DNA from: Cyanophora paradoxa CCMP329
Lineage: Eukaryota > Plantae > Glaucophyta
Direction: 5' to 3'
NCBI GenBank assembly: GCA_004431415.1
Contig: QPMI01000044.1
Location: 186,001 to 250,000 of the forward strand
DNA: 64,000 nt
The notes beneath the pieces were generated by a model, which was given only the letters and a program-made list of their open reading frames with translations, searched no databases and was not told where the DNA came from. The position numbers and the translations under genes are program-made. Shown one piece after another: positions 1 through 26,519 of this stretch. Position 1 is the stretch's first letter. Each line of letters begins with the position of its first letter.

Positions 1-13575
<13,575 letters not shown>

Positions 13576-13648
13576 CGCTGCGACAGGGACCGCTGTTGCG
13601 TTCTTCTTTGTGTCGACTTTGAGGTCGGGGTACAGTCGCCATCAAAAC
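13576..13648. promoter_or_regulatory. Putative very short bidirectional promoter/5'UTR interval between divergent genes
   Basis: Only 73 bp separate the inferred ATG of the EML-like gene (-, 13575) from the fibrillin ATG (+, 13649). Confidence 0.4.
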
Positions 13649-15340
13649 ATGGCCTTCGTCCTCGGAATCGCAACCGCGGCACTTGCCAGCCCCTCGGCGG
13701 CGCTCGTGGAGCCTGTGGTGTGTCGCTCGGCGCCTCAGCTCGCCCCGAAGCGTGCGAGCCGGTCTCTTGTTGGCCGCTCCTTCCATTGCGAGGCGGTGCC
13801 GGCGCGCTCTTTCTCCGGTCACGTACGCGTCGTTCCGGAACTTCCGGTCATCCGGGCCGACGTCCAGGGCAACGGCGCGTCTTCGTCCGCCGTTGGCGCC
13901 GTCGGCGCTGGTCAATATCGCTCTCCTCCTTACATTAGCAATGCAGGCGGCGTGGAGGAGAGCGTCGCGGTGCCGGAGCTGCCCGGTGCGTCTGTTCCTG
14001 CTTCGGCACGCGGCCGCACGTACGAGCGCCGTCTCACGCGCCTGCGGCCGCGCAGGCGAGTCGGGCGAGCACGAGAAGAAGCGCGAATCTATCAAGCTCC
14101 GGCTGCTCCGCGCGGTCGCCGGGAGCGACCGGGTGCGCCGCGCCGCCGCCGCTCGGAGGTCGTCGGGTTCGCCTCACGGGCGCCGTGCCCCCGCAGGGCC
14201 GCCTCCTGACGTCCTCGGAGAACGCGAACGTCGCTGCGCTCCTCTCGGAGCTGAGCGCGGTCAACCCGTCGCCCGAGCCCGTTCTGGACGCCCGCTTCCC
14301 TGGGTCCTGGCGCCTGATGTGCGCCCCGCCCCTGCCCCCGCGGCCGCTCCCGCCGCCGAGTGCGCCGCGCAGCTACACGACCAAGCAGCTTGCGGACATT
14401 TCGCCCTTCCTGCGCCTCGGAAAGACCCCCCTCATGTCCATCGGCCAGGTCCGGGCCGTCCTCGCGTCGCCCGCGCCGCTTCCGCCCCGCTCAGTCGCGG
14501 CCTGCAGGTCGTTCAGACGATCCACAAGTACGACGGGAAGGTGGAGAACGCGGTCGAAGTCACCCTCTTCCCCGCGACCAAGGGTTCGCCTCCGTCCCTG
14601 CCCCTCGCGCCGGGTGCGCCGCGGCGCCGCTGAGCCGGCGCCCGGCGCCCGGCAGGCCGCATCGTCACACAGGCGAGCTGCGACCTTCTGCCCCCGAGCA
14701 CCGTGCGCGCTCTGCTGGACGCCGCTTTTCGCGTACCCGCCCGCGGCGCCCCGCCCCGTCCCGATCCGGCCCGGCCGGGGCGCCCCCAGGTCGAGATCCG
14801 CATCGAGAAGAGCGTTCTTTCCCCTGTCAACTTCTTCAGTGCGCCGCCTTTGTGCCGTACCCCGCCCGCTAGCGCTCTTAATCTCACGGCCCTGCTGCAG
14901 CCGTCGACACCTCCAAGCTTCCCCCCATCACCGTACCCATCAAGGTCTCCCGCCCCGCCCGCCCCCGGTACGCGCTTCTACGGCGACTCACCGCCCGCGC
15001 CCCACAGGAGCTCTCCGAGCGCATCCGGGGGTACGTCCCCGTCGGCACGAACGAGGTCACCTACGTGCGCCCGCCCCGTACCCCCTTCCCCCTCCCCCCG
15101 GCCCGCTGGTGTCGTACCCCCAGCCACCTTTAATTGACCGACGACCGCGCAGCTGGACGACGACCTGCGCGTGACGCGGGGCGACAAGGGCGACGTGTTC
15201 GTCTTTTCGAAGGTACCCCCCGCCGCCCGCTCGCCCGCCCGCCCCCCCGCCCGCCCGCCCTCCCGCCCGGCCCTCAGTGACCGGCTTGGCAGATTGAGGA
15301 TGGGTCTGAGGCCTTCCCCGGTACCCCCGTGCAGCCGTGA
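13649..15340 (+). CDS. Plastid lipid-associated protein / fibrillin (PAP_fibrillin) with plastid transit peptide; multi-exon
   Basis: N-terminus MAFVLGIATAALASPSAA (Ser/Ala-rich, early Phe). Exons read LSAVNPSPEPVLDARFPGSWRL(M)YTT, IGQ-VVQTIHKYDGKVENAVE and NEVTY-LDDDLRVTRGDKGDVFVFSK. Last exon IEDGSEAFPGTPVQP* ends with TGA at 15338-15340. Confidence 0.85.
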
Positions 15341-16484
15341 GGCCTCGCAATTTGACTGGGATTGCGGTCCGTGTGTGTATACGTAATTTATCAGGGGCAG
15401 GACGTCTTAAGCTTGCGCGTGACGGCCGCCTGATCATGAGGCCTAGGCTGAGCTGCGCGCGCGCGAAGGAGCGCGCGCGGTGCGCGTGAAGCGCGTCAGG
15501 CAGCGCAGTACTTGTACTCCGGCCCTCCCGCAGTGAAGCACTGCGGCAGACGAGCGCGTGCCACGGTGACTCAGTGAGGGCATGCGCGCGCAGCTGCACG
15601 CGCAATATGCATCATTGCGAGTGCTATAGCAGCTCGGCGCATGCAGCACTGCATAGAGGCCAGAGCAGCTCGCGCTGCGCCTTATGCTGAGTCATGCGCA
15701 TGCTGAACTTCGGTACAGCCCGCCAGTGGCCCACTGGCCATATATGCATGGCAGCCCGGTACGTATACGCATCATGGCATGCGCAGCATGATGCGCCGCG
15801 CTTCTCTTGAGCATGCGCTAGCCTAGCGCACTGCGGCGCAGCGGCAGCCTGGCAGCAGCCTGCCAGCAGGCCCGCGCCGAAAAGCCTGCAGCAGAGGATC
15901 GATATCACTGGCCGGCAATGCGTGGGCCTCGATCGGCCGCCGGGGTACAGGCTTCGCAGAGTTCCGCCTTAATCGCGCACACCTGAGCCCTCCAACGTGC
16001 GCGCCGGCTTCCCCCAGCCGCTCTACCTGCACCTGTAGGCAGCAGATCTCTACTTGTAGCTCCCCGCCGCCCTTCCGGAGAACGAGGAGCGCCGAAAACG
16101 GTCGGCCATCAGGCCTCGCCCGCAGTCCGGCATTAGCAGCGCAGCAGGCCTCACGGGCTGGAGCTTAGCGGCTTGTAGCGCTCACCGGAGCAGTCCACGT
16201 GCGCTGCGCAACCGGCAGCACCGATGCGCAGCGTTGAGGGGGTTCAGGCTGCTGGCCCCCTCAACGGAGGCGGCGGGCCAGCGGAGAAGCAAACACAAGA
16301 GCTAGCCCGAGGTGCGCCTCCGCCCGAACCCGGGTCGCCCTGACAGCTAGTCCGGATCTGGTCGCCCGGCCGCAAATGTATCCGACGCGTGCCCGCGCCT
16401 CTCGTCTCCCCGTTTGGGAGGGGTGTGCAGGAATAGCAGCTGACCCGGTTGCACACTGCAGAATCGGGCCCGGATCTCGCCGCC

Positions 16485-19400
16485 ATGGCTGCCGCCTCGG
16501 GGTCGACCCCGGGGCCGCCCGCGGTGTGGGCCGTGACGATCCAGCCGCCGAGCGCGAAGCATATAGGACGAGGCGAATCGGAGGTGGCGGAGCCCCTCGC
16601 GACGCGGCAGGCGCCGAACGGGCGGGGCGCGGCGCGCCCGGCGCCGGCCTCCTTTCTGCGGGAGGGCCCCGCCCTGCCGAGCTGGAGCGGCGATGCTGCG
16701 GCCGCGGGCCCCGCGTCCCCGCTGGGCTCGAATGCGTCCCCCGGGATGCGCCCCGTGGCGAGCCGGTCGACCCTGCCGAACAGCGCCAGCGGCTTCCTGC
16801 AGCTTCCCCCGCGCGCCGGCAGCGCCAACTCGCAGCAGGCGCGCCCGCCCCGCCCCGCCCCCCGACCGGCGCTCCGGCGCCCACGCTCACCGCCGCGCGC
16901 GCCCAGGCCCGCTTCGCGAGGCGCCTCTCGGACAGCAAGCCGGCGGGGGGCCTGCACGGCGCCGACCGCGAGCTCGGCCTCTCCAGCGACTGCCTCGGCT
17001 TCCTTCGCTTCGCCGACGAAATCGTCGAGCGCGCCTACCAGGTACCCCGTACCCCCCTCCCGCGCTCTGAGTCCGCACCCCCGTCCGACGCCGCCCGCAG
17101 TCCTACCGGGCCGACGTTTCCTTTCCCCGGCACCGCCTCCTCGGTTCGATCCGCCCCGGGTCCCGTATCGTCGGCCGTTAACCGTACCCTCCGTACCTCT
17201 CAGTACCCCTCATCTTTTTCGCGTACTTCGGGGCCGCTATGGTCTTCCTCGGCGTGACCTTCTCCAACGAAGACGTGCTCCCCTCCGCCCCCCGCGTCCG
17301 CCGCCCCGTGTCTGCTGCAGGATGCTTATACGGGTCCCGCTTTCATCGCAGTCGTTCCGCGAGCATGACCGTTCCAAACGGCTCGTGAAGGTAATGCCCC
17401 CCCACCCCCCCCACCCCCCCCCCCCCCCCCCCCTGCTTCTGACCCCGCTCCCCTCTCTTCGCCAAAGATCTTCGTGGGATTCGTACCCTCGCTGCTCTTC
17501 GGACTCGTGAACATGTTCCTGCTCTTCCGGCGACCCTCGTTCTTCAAGCGGCACATGCAGACCCTGCTCACGGCGGCGACGCTCTTTGCCGTCGCTTTCA
17601 ACGCGTGGCCCGTCCTCGACTTCGAGCACCCGCAGGTCCCCTCTTCTTTTCCTTTCTTTTTTTTCCTTTCCTTTCTCTTTTCGTAACCCCCTGCCCGCAG
17701 ATCATTTACTTCTCGTGCATGTGGCTCATAGACATCGCGTGCCGGGGGGGCTACCTCCTCTCGGCCCGGGTGCGCCCGTACCCCCCTCTCTCTTCGCGCC
17801 TTCCCTTTCCTGACGACGTACCCCCGAAGGCCCACATGCTGGTCATCACTTGCATCGCGATCGTCGTCTGGATCGCCTGTACGCCCCTCCCCTCCCCCTC
17901 CCTAAGCTGGCTAAGCCAGCCAGCCCGCGCTCCCTAAGCTAGCCAGCCAGCCCGCGCCCCCTCCCCGCGCCCCCCACTCGCACCCCGCCGGCCCCGCCGA
18001 CCCCCCCCCCGCAGTCCCGGTGTCGGGGGCGGCCCACAATCTGGTGGACTACCTCGCCCAGGCAGTGTGCGTACCCCCCGAGTACTAGTACCCGCTCCAT
18101 CCGCTCGGATCTGATTTGATCCGAGCAGGATCGCGGGGATGGTCGTGCCCGCCTCGTTCTTCGCGGTGCGCGAGGACGAGGTCCGCCGCCGCTCCGACTT
18201 CGCCCGCAACTCCTCCCTCCACGACGAGGTCAGATCCGATCTGCCTTTCCAGCGCTCCGTTTCTCTAGCGCCGGTTTTAGCTTCGGTTCCTCCCCGCCCC
18301 GCGAGCCCGACCCGGCCCGGTCCGACCCGGTCCGGCCCGACGATCCCGTCGGCCTTCACAAGCTAGCCAGCTAGCGCTAGGCGGCTAGCCAGCTAGCTTC
18401 AGTTCTCGCGCTAGGCGCTCCGGTCTCCGCCCCGGATCCAATCCAATCCGCCCCTGATCGCAGTTGCGGGCGGTGCGGGTGGCGCACGACGACCTGCGCC
18501 AGCGCAACGCCGCACTCCGCGACCAGCTCACCACCCTCCAGCGTGCGTCCCGCCGCGCCCATTGTGCTCCCCGCCGGCCTCCAGCCTCGGGCTTCCGGCC
18601 GCCCCAGCGCTGCCGAGGCGCCGGCCCCAACCCTGGATAGATAGATAGATAGATAGCCTGTCTTCGGCGCGCCGCCACCCGTTCTGGCCCCCGAACCGAC
18701 CCTCGCCCCGGGCGGGCGCGCAGGCGAGAAGATCGGCGCGGACCTCGACCTCGACTCGCCCCTCGCGAAGGTCTCCGTACCCCCCTCCGGCTCGCCCCGG
18801 TACCCCCCCGACCCGCCCCTCTAACCCGCCGTACCCCCCGCAGGCGCTGAAGGCCCTCGACGCGATCCGCTCGGACCCTCGTGCGCCCCACGCCCCCCCT
18901 TCCCCCCCCCCCCCCCTCCCCCTTTTCCCCCCCACGCCCCTCTGACCCCCGCCCTCTCCCCTCCCCTTCAGGCCTCGCGGCGCAGTGCGAGTGGGCCGTG
19001 GCGGGCCTCGAGGGCGCCATAACCACCCTCATCGCCTCCAAGTCCATGTGCGCCGTACCCCCGCACCCCCTCCCGCATCCCGCTGTCCAAAGGCTTGCGC
19101 TCAAGCTCGTTGAGCTTGAGCTTCCAAGCTCCAGATTTAAATTATTCCGTTTGATCCTCTTTCTTCTTAAGGATTTTAAAGCTATAACTCCTCCCCCTCT
19201 CTAGATCTCTGTATCTCTCTTCACTCTTCTCTCCGCTCTGGAACCTGCGCGTGACTCACGAGGCCGCCTCCCCCCCCCCCCCCCCCCCCCGCAGCCTGGT
19301 GCCGGACTTGGGGGTACAGGTGCAGGAGGGCAAGCTTCGCCTCGACTCGGACGTCTCCCGCTGGCTCTTCTCCGAGGCGCGCGTACCCCCTCCGGCTCAC

Positions 19401-21927
19401 CTGAGCTCGTCTGAGCTCACCCGGGCTCGCTTGCCGCAGGTGGCGCCGACGCAGAAGCCGCGGGGGGGGCCCACGCCGGCGGGCGAGGGCGAGGGGGCGG
19501 CGGGGGGGGCGGAGCGGGATCCTCCCCCCGCAAGGCCTCCGTCTCGGGCCCCGGAGGCCTGCCCGTGCGCCCCCCCCCCCCCCCCCTCTCTTTCGTGTCG
19601 CGTACCCCGCCGCCGACTCCTGGGCCCGCTTTCTTCCGTCCAGGGCCTGGTCGACTCGTTGGCGGTACCCCTCCCCTTCTTCGACGCGGTGGAGGCCGAA
19701 GCCCGCCGCATCGTACCCCTCCTCACCCACTGGGACGACTTCGACATCTACCAGGTACCCCCTCCGCCGTCTTCCCCCCCCCTCCTCTTCATTGACGCTC
19801 CGCAGGTCGACCACAACTCGGAGGGCCGTCCCCTGCTCGCCATGAGGCGCGCCTGCACCCCTTCTTCACCCCCCCCCCCTTCGCTCACGCGTACCCCCCG
19901 CAGTATGGCCATCGTCGAGGGCCTGGGCCTCTCCCGCCGCCTCCCGATCGACGTACCCCGCCTCGCCTCCTTCGTCGCCCGCGTCGAGAGCGGCTACGGT
20001 ACCCCCTCAACCATGCAGCCCTTACCCCAATAAGTCTCGCTGACCCCCCCTTCCCCTAGGCCCGCACCCGTACCACAATCGCATCCACGCGGCCGATGTG
20101 TGCCAGTCGATGGCCGTGCGCCGTACCCCCCGTCCCCGTCCCTCCGATACCCCCTAACCCGGACGGGTACAGGTTGTGCTGCTCCGAGGAGGCCTGGTGG
20201 GGTACCTCTCCGACGTCGAGCAGCTGGCCGCGTACCTCGCCTGCATCGTCCACGGTACCTCTCCCCTCGGAGAACATCATCCTCGACCCCATCGCTGAGC
20301 CCCCGGGGTACAGATTTCGAGCACCCGGGGCTCAACAACAACTACCTGATAAACACCGGGGACCCCCTCGCAATCCTGTAACCCCCCCCCCCCGCGCCTC
20401 CTTCCCCCCACGGACCTGCACGTTGCTGAGGGTACCCCGCAGCTACAACGATCGGAGCCCCCTCGAGAGCCACCACGTCGCGGGTTCGGCTCCCGGCGCC
20501 TCCCTTTTCCCTCCCGTCTTTTCTTCCCTTAAATTCTTCGTTCGCAGCGAGCTGGCGGGCGCTGCGCGAGTCGGAGTACAACTTCCTCCAGGCAATGCCC
20601 CGGCCCGCCCTCAAGTGCGCCCCGACCCGCGTACCCCCCCTTCCCCCCCCCCCCGGCCCCCGACCCGCGCGCGCCCAGGGAGCTGCGCCGCACGATCATC
20701 GACATGGTCTTGGCGACGGACATGAGCCAGTGCGTACCCCTCCCGATCCGAACCCTACCCCCCCCCGCCCCTTCCCCTCCCCCTCACTCGCCCCGCAGGC
20801 ACTTCGAGATTTTAGGCAACTTCAAGAAGCGCGCCTCGGCCGGATTCCTCCCGGCGGGGATGGACCCGCCGCCCCCGGCCTCGGCCGCCGCCCCCCCCGG
20901 CGCCCCCGAGAGCCCCGTAGTCTCCTCCCGCCCCTCCCGCCGCCATTCGGTGCGCCCGTCGGCTGTACCCCGCCGCTGCGCCACTCGCCTTTGTGACGCT
21001 GTACCCCTTCCCAGGGCGTGGAGGGCGGCGCCGCGTCCGGCCCGGAGGGCGCGGGCCCGGAGTCCCCCGCCTCGCGCCCGGCCTCGCGGTCCTCCCTGGC
21101 GACCTTCCGCAGCGGGCGGCAGCCCCAGCCGCAGCCTCAGCCCCAGCCTCATGAGGCCGGCGCCGGCGCCCTCCAGCGGTCGCCGAGCCCCGGGCGCGCG
21201 CTGCGGGCGCCGGCCCTTGGGGGGGGCAGGAAGGCCGGGTCCTCCTTCCGCCTCGTGCCGACCCTCCCGCCCCCCTCCCTCGTCCAGCCCGAGGACAGGC
21301 GCCTCCTCCTCGCCATGGCCATCAAGGTGCCGTACCCCCCCTCCTTCCTTTCCGAGTTCGATTCGCCGTACCCCTGACGTGCGTGCGTGCGTGCGCGCGC
21401 GTGACGTCACGCAGGCCTGCGACATCGGTGAGGGCCGCGGGGCTCGCGATCGGTAACCCCGCGTTCGAATTTCTCACGGGTACCCCTCCCCGCCGCAGGC
21501 CACGGCGCGAAGCCGCTACCCCTCCACATCGAGTGGTCCAACCGCGTCTCCAGCGAGTTCTACAACCAGGTACCCCCGCCTTTCCCCGAGCTTGGCGTAC
21601 CCCTCCCGCTCTCCGCTCACCGGGCGCGGCGTACCCCCAGGGCGACCTGGAACGGGGCCAGGGGCTGGAGGTATCCCCCCTTATGGACCGCTCCACCGCC
21701 AACCTCCCCCGGAGCCAGATGGGTACGCGCGGGCCGCCCATTCAGTCCCCAAGGGAGCCGCGCCCGATCGAGCGATGGGGGGTACAGGCTTCTTCGACTT
21801 CATCTGCCTGCCGAGCTTCGAGGCGCTGTCGGGGATCCTACCCCCCCTGAAGGATGTGTTGGTGGCGGGGGCGCGCCGCAACTACGCCCACTGGCAGGAG
21901 AGCGCACTGAAGACGGCGACCCCTTAG
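16485..21927 (+). CDS. Class I 3',5'-cyclic nucleotide phosphodiesterase (PDEase_I) with N-terminal multi-pass membrane region and coiled coil; multi-exon
   Basis: Catalytic motifs across exons: PYHNRIHAAD (~20070), H-DFEHPGLNNNYLI, YNDRSPLESHHVA, MVLATDMSQ-HFE, MAIK-ACDI, EWSNRVSSEFYNQ-GDLERGQGLEVSPLMDR, SQ-GFFDFICLPSFEAL. Hydrophobic exons at 17470-18170. Confidence 0.92.
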
Positions 21928-22549
21928 GAGCCGGCGGCCGGGTCGCGGCCGCGTCGCCTCGGCGCGAGGCTTCAGCACTCCCGCCTCCGCCCCTTCTCCT
22001 CGCATCCAGCTATTTCTAGACATTATGTGATTATGATTATTCAGTTCGGTCGCGAATCTTGCGGTCGCGTGCTGCTTTGCAGTCGTGCTTGCGTAGTACT
22101 CTACTAGTTGATCGGAAGAACGTATCCCGTCGATTCCCCGATCGCGCATGACATTATGTATGCGTAATTGTATAATTCTATATAAAAGAGTACCGTTGTT
22201 GAGTGTATTACCGGCCAGAGCCTTTAAACACCAGCACCGTGGGGGCTGCCCAGGGGGCACGGCTGCAGTTGCAGGTACGTATAAATGAAGATATTTTATA
22301 CATGTACAGCAGAAGCCAAAAACTGGGACAAGCTTTAAGTCAAATTTTTTGATCATGAAAAGCGCGAAGAACGACAATTTGCAAGACCGTCGACGTCGGA
22401 CATCTTCATCGCGCTTTTTTTTTTGATCATCGCGCTTCCCCTGCCAGGCTGCTTTGGATTCTTTGCAATATTTTTAATTGCCTAGCCTAGCAGGCCTGGT
22501 GCAGGCTCCGTGTATACGTAGCTTCATCGTCTGATATCGATCATATGCA

Positions 22550-22611
22550 TCGGCCTTGGGGAAAGGAGAGGCCCTTAGGTCGGCCTTGGGGAAAGGAGAG
22601 GCCCTTAGGTC
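22550..22611. repeat. 30-bp perfect tandem duplication
   Basis: tcggccttggggaaaggagaggcccttagg occurs twice in a row. Confidence 0.9.
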
Positions 22612-24735
22612 TGTTGGTTTGATGTGACGGATTTCAAAAAGCGAAATTCGTATATTTGGAGACACCTACTACCCCATTTTAGACCCTGGGGAGCACGATG
22701 GTCCGGCCCGTTTTCCTATGAGAGGCCTCTAATGGGCAGTAACAGCACGTCGAAAAGCACAGAAAAGCATTTTCCCGGAAAAAAATAGAAAGCGCAAATC
22801 ACATTGGCCTTCCAAGTCGAAATTTGAAAATTATTAATTTGAAGAGACCGCACCCCATTCGCTAGGAAATAGTTTCCAAATTAACGGAGAGCCACGTGGC
22901 CGGCCAGCAAATTTGTATAAGTCAGGGTCGTTGTGTGCCACGAGGTGGGTTTTAAATATACTTGATGCGTTAGTTGAAAGATTATCAAAATAAACAATTT
23001 AGACAGAGCCTTATTACTGTGAATTATATTCAAATGATTCATAGATAATTATTAACCACCTCCAAAAGCGCCGAAAGTCGTTTTCATTCAGCTGAGACGA
23101 CCAATGGGCCCCTCGGGGCCTGTACTCAGTACAACTGCGGCCGATTGGGCCCCGCATCGATATCTGTACCCTTGCAGCACAACTCTGTACCCTCTCACTT
23201 GAGTGTGTACCCTTGCCGAGTGGACCCCCCTGTTTCTCCTCCCCCCTCCCCCGTAACCGCGCGCGGTTGCAATTGCGGGCCGGCCCCCGTTTAAAAACAA
23301 AGAGCTGCCCAAGACCCATGGCCAAGGCCACTCCTGCTCCGCAGGGACTCGCTTGTTATATAGCCTCAGTGCGCCCGATCCTGCCTCGAGCTCTGAACCT
23401 TCTAGTGCTAATCATTGAATTCTCCTCTTCTAGGGATTCTGTACCCCGGGAAGGGCGCGCAACGTAGGTCGGCGGGGCGGGAGAAGCGCCCGCCGGGCGC
23501 GCGCCCGGAGGGCACAGGTCGCCTCAGTAAGGTCTAGAAGCGCTTCTAGCCGCTTAGCCGCAGTGTCCGTTAGGCGATTCGTTCGTCGGCGGGCGCGGTT
23601 GGGCGTGCGGCCCCCAGGTCAGATCAGCGGTCTCAGCAGTGCTCATTGCCTCTAGTTCGGGCTTCTCTGCGTCGGCGCCGCTCTGCGCAACAGCGCCCGC
23701 GCGTTCCAGCATGTCTAGGCGCAAATCTAGCGAGGGCGGACCAAGCTGGCCGCGGCAGTAGGAGGAGCGACGCAGAGAAGGGCGCGGTGCTCGGGCTCTG
23801 GAGGAGATGGCGTGCTGCTCGGCTCCCGCCGACCAGCCTGGGTTCCCGCCGGGCATTGGCGATGCCGCGCCCAGCTGCAGCTGCCCGCGATGTTGACGCG
23901 CGGCTCGCTGCGCGGCGCTGCAGCTCGGCGGCTGGCGGCGACTCTGGACTCAGCGCTCGCCGTGGAGGCGGCTGAGGAGCGCGGCTCTTGCTGCGCGACC
24001 ACCAGTTTTTCATCCGGGCCCTAACTAACGGGGCTCCGGTTTTCTGGGCCTACATCTTTCTGCCGCGCTCACTGCTAGAGGACCGGCGCATATTATGTTC
24101 TGGAGACGACTCGGTAGACTACAGCTAAGGCACTAGCTCGACACGACTACTAGCTGTAGCACTCTTGTTATCTATCTCCTCTTGCAGTCAGCATCTCAGT
24201 ATCCGGTAGGCGTGGAGCCGCCGGAGCGGGGGACTGTTGTCAAGTGTGTACGAATGCAGCAGACTTTCAAAAAAAAAGAATTCTCCTCTTCTAGATCTGT
24301 CACTTCCCCGGGGCCCGTCGCCGGTGATCGTGCTAATTCCCATGTCCGGCAACCCTACTAGGCTAACTGTCGCAGTGTATACCGCATGCGTAGTACTCGG
24401 TATTAACAGCCTTTTACTGTACTGCAGCTGGGCACGGTACTGGGCACGACCGCCCAAGCTCCAAGGACCGGTACTCGGCACAAGTTGTTTCAAGTTTAAA
24501 AAAAGAACTAATTATCATCAATATTCCAAGCCTGAGAATCCAAGGTCCAAGGATCCCGCCGGCGCGGCAGCTGCAGTATCATTTTTTGGGTTCCAGGCTA
24601 ACTTCCGAAGTTCCAGCAACTTCCAGCAAGTTCCATGGGCCAGCCCCAAGTTCCAGGTATGATCATGACTGACCACTGACAGTGGCCCAATGGGCAGTAC
24701 TAGTGGCCACTGGCCAGTACCCACCGGCAGGGCGG

Positions 24736-25441
24736 GAGCGTGATCCACCGTGCCTCTGCCTCGGCCTCCAAGTTACGCGATTGGCTAATTACGACTGCGT
24801 CGAAAATCCAACTTGAAAAAGGCAGCATGGACCGCCTCTGCAGGCAGCTGCCTAACTTGAAAGTCTGGACTGCACAATCTAGGCAAGGCAGAAAAAAAAT
24901 GAGGCAGGTTGCCTCCGCTGCCTAGGGGCCTCAGACCCCGCTAGGGCAGCCGAGGCAGGCTGCCTCGGTTCAAGTCCTGCTGGCGCCCGTTCCCTGCCAC
25001 TGTCCTCGCGCATTGTAGCAAGTCACTAGCAACCTAGCAGGATGTTAGACTGACCACTAATGACTAGCTGGGCGATGCCAGCTCACCTGGCGCCTTGCAG
25101 CTAGCGCCAGCTAGCTAGCACTATAGCTAGAGCTCGAGCTCAAAGTGCGTCCAGATGTTGCCAAAAGTTGCTTATGAGTGTGCAGACACGTAAGCGTCGT
25201 GCCGCGGGCGACAGTGATGCGCCGTGCGCTGCGCGACGGCGGCGCGATTTGAAACAGCTAGCCGTTGGGGCGCTTACGTAGCCTGCCTCATGGACCGCCA
25301 GCCGAGGCTAGGTGCCTAGGTTCAGATGTAAAAAAAGTCTGCCTTGCCTTGCCTTGACTTAATTCACTTGAAAGCTAGGCAAGGCAAGGCAAGGCAGACT
25401 TTTTTTCACTGCCCGAGGCAGAGGCACGGTGGATCACGCTC
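24736..25441. mobile_element. MITE (706 bp), 29-bp perfect TIRs, 3-bp TSD; PIF/Harbinger-like ends
   Basis: gagcgtgatccaccgtgcctctgcctcgg at 24736-24764 and its reverse complement at 25413-25441. CGG on both flanks (24733-35, 25442-44). Internal stem-loop at ~25330-25406. Confidence 0.8.
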
Positions 25442-26135
25442 CGGGGCCACCGCTAGTACGGTACTACTAATAGCCTACCGGTAGTACGTCGACATTAACG
25501 TTGCGTCTCCGAATGTCCGCTAGTACTCTGTACCGTAGTACTCAGTGTACTGTGGGCCTGTGGCCCTGTGGCCATTGTGAGACTGCGTGCCACGGTGAGA
25601 CTGCGTGCCATGGTGACCCGTGAGGGCCGTGACGTCGACCACTGACCAGTGACCACTGTCACAGTGTCCAGGGCCCCAGGCCCGGGCGGGCGCCGGCCGG
25701 GCCAGCCCGGCCAGGCCCGACTCCGCCCGAGCACCGGCCCCCATGGCCAGGCCCCCCACTGGCCAGTTTACTACGAGTTTAGTGGCAGTACAACCCGGAT
25801 AACCCGGAAGTGAGTCTAGTGACCCCCCCGGGCCCCCGAGCGGCCAGCGCCGGCCACCCCAGCCACCAGCCTGACAGGCTAGAAGGAGCCTGCAGAACTC
25901 CGCGGCTGGCCATGGGATCCGGAGAGGCTCGGAGGAGCCAGGGCCCGGCGGCGGCCCGGCCCGCGCAAGCGGCGGGGGCGCTACGTATACGGCACTGCGA
26001 CTCTGCGAGTCGAGGTCTGCGCATGCGGCACGTGCACTGCGGCACCGCGGCGGGCAGCCGACACCCGTCATGATCACGCGCGCATGTGCGTGCCACTATG
26101 ACTCTTTCATTAGATCCCGGTTCCCCCCTTGCACC

Positions 26136-26166
26136 CCCGGCGCGAAAATCGCGGCCGGGCCACTAG
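26136..26166 (+). mobile_element. Possible Helitron 3' terminus (GC hairpin followed by CTAG|T)
   Basis: cccggcgcgaaaatcgcggccggg hairpin then ccactag|t; no 5' end identified. Confidence 0.3.
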
Positions 26167-26519
26167 TAGTTACAGGTTTACATGTACAGGTTTACCGTAG
26201 TACCGCAATTACCGGCAATTTACCGCAGTGCCACGGTGTACGTGCAATTTTCATTCAATGATTGAAACTCGGTCCCCCGGACCCCCGCGCGCAACACTGT
26301 CGTTATCGATATCGCGCACGCAATCATTTGAATTAAATTTAAGCAAGTCGCCGCCGACTCGCCGCCGAGTCGCCGCCGGGCGCGACTACCGGTACCGTTT
26401 GAGGAGGGCCCAGACGCACTGATTGAGAGCGAGCCTGTACATGTGGAGATCGCGGATCGTTATCTGAACCGTCAAGTCAGACTGCTATGCATACAAGCCT
26501 TGAAGCGTCACGGTGCAGC

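Noticed and set aside
22640-24700. Possible gene or transposon remnants
   Set aside because: No TIR/TSD pair or protein motif could be supported
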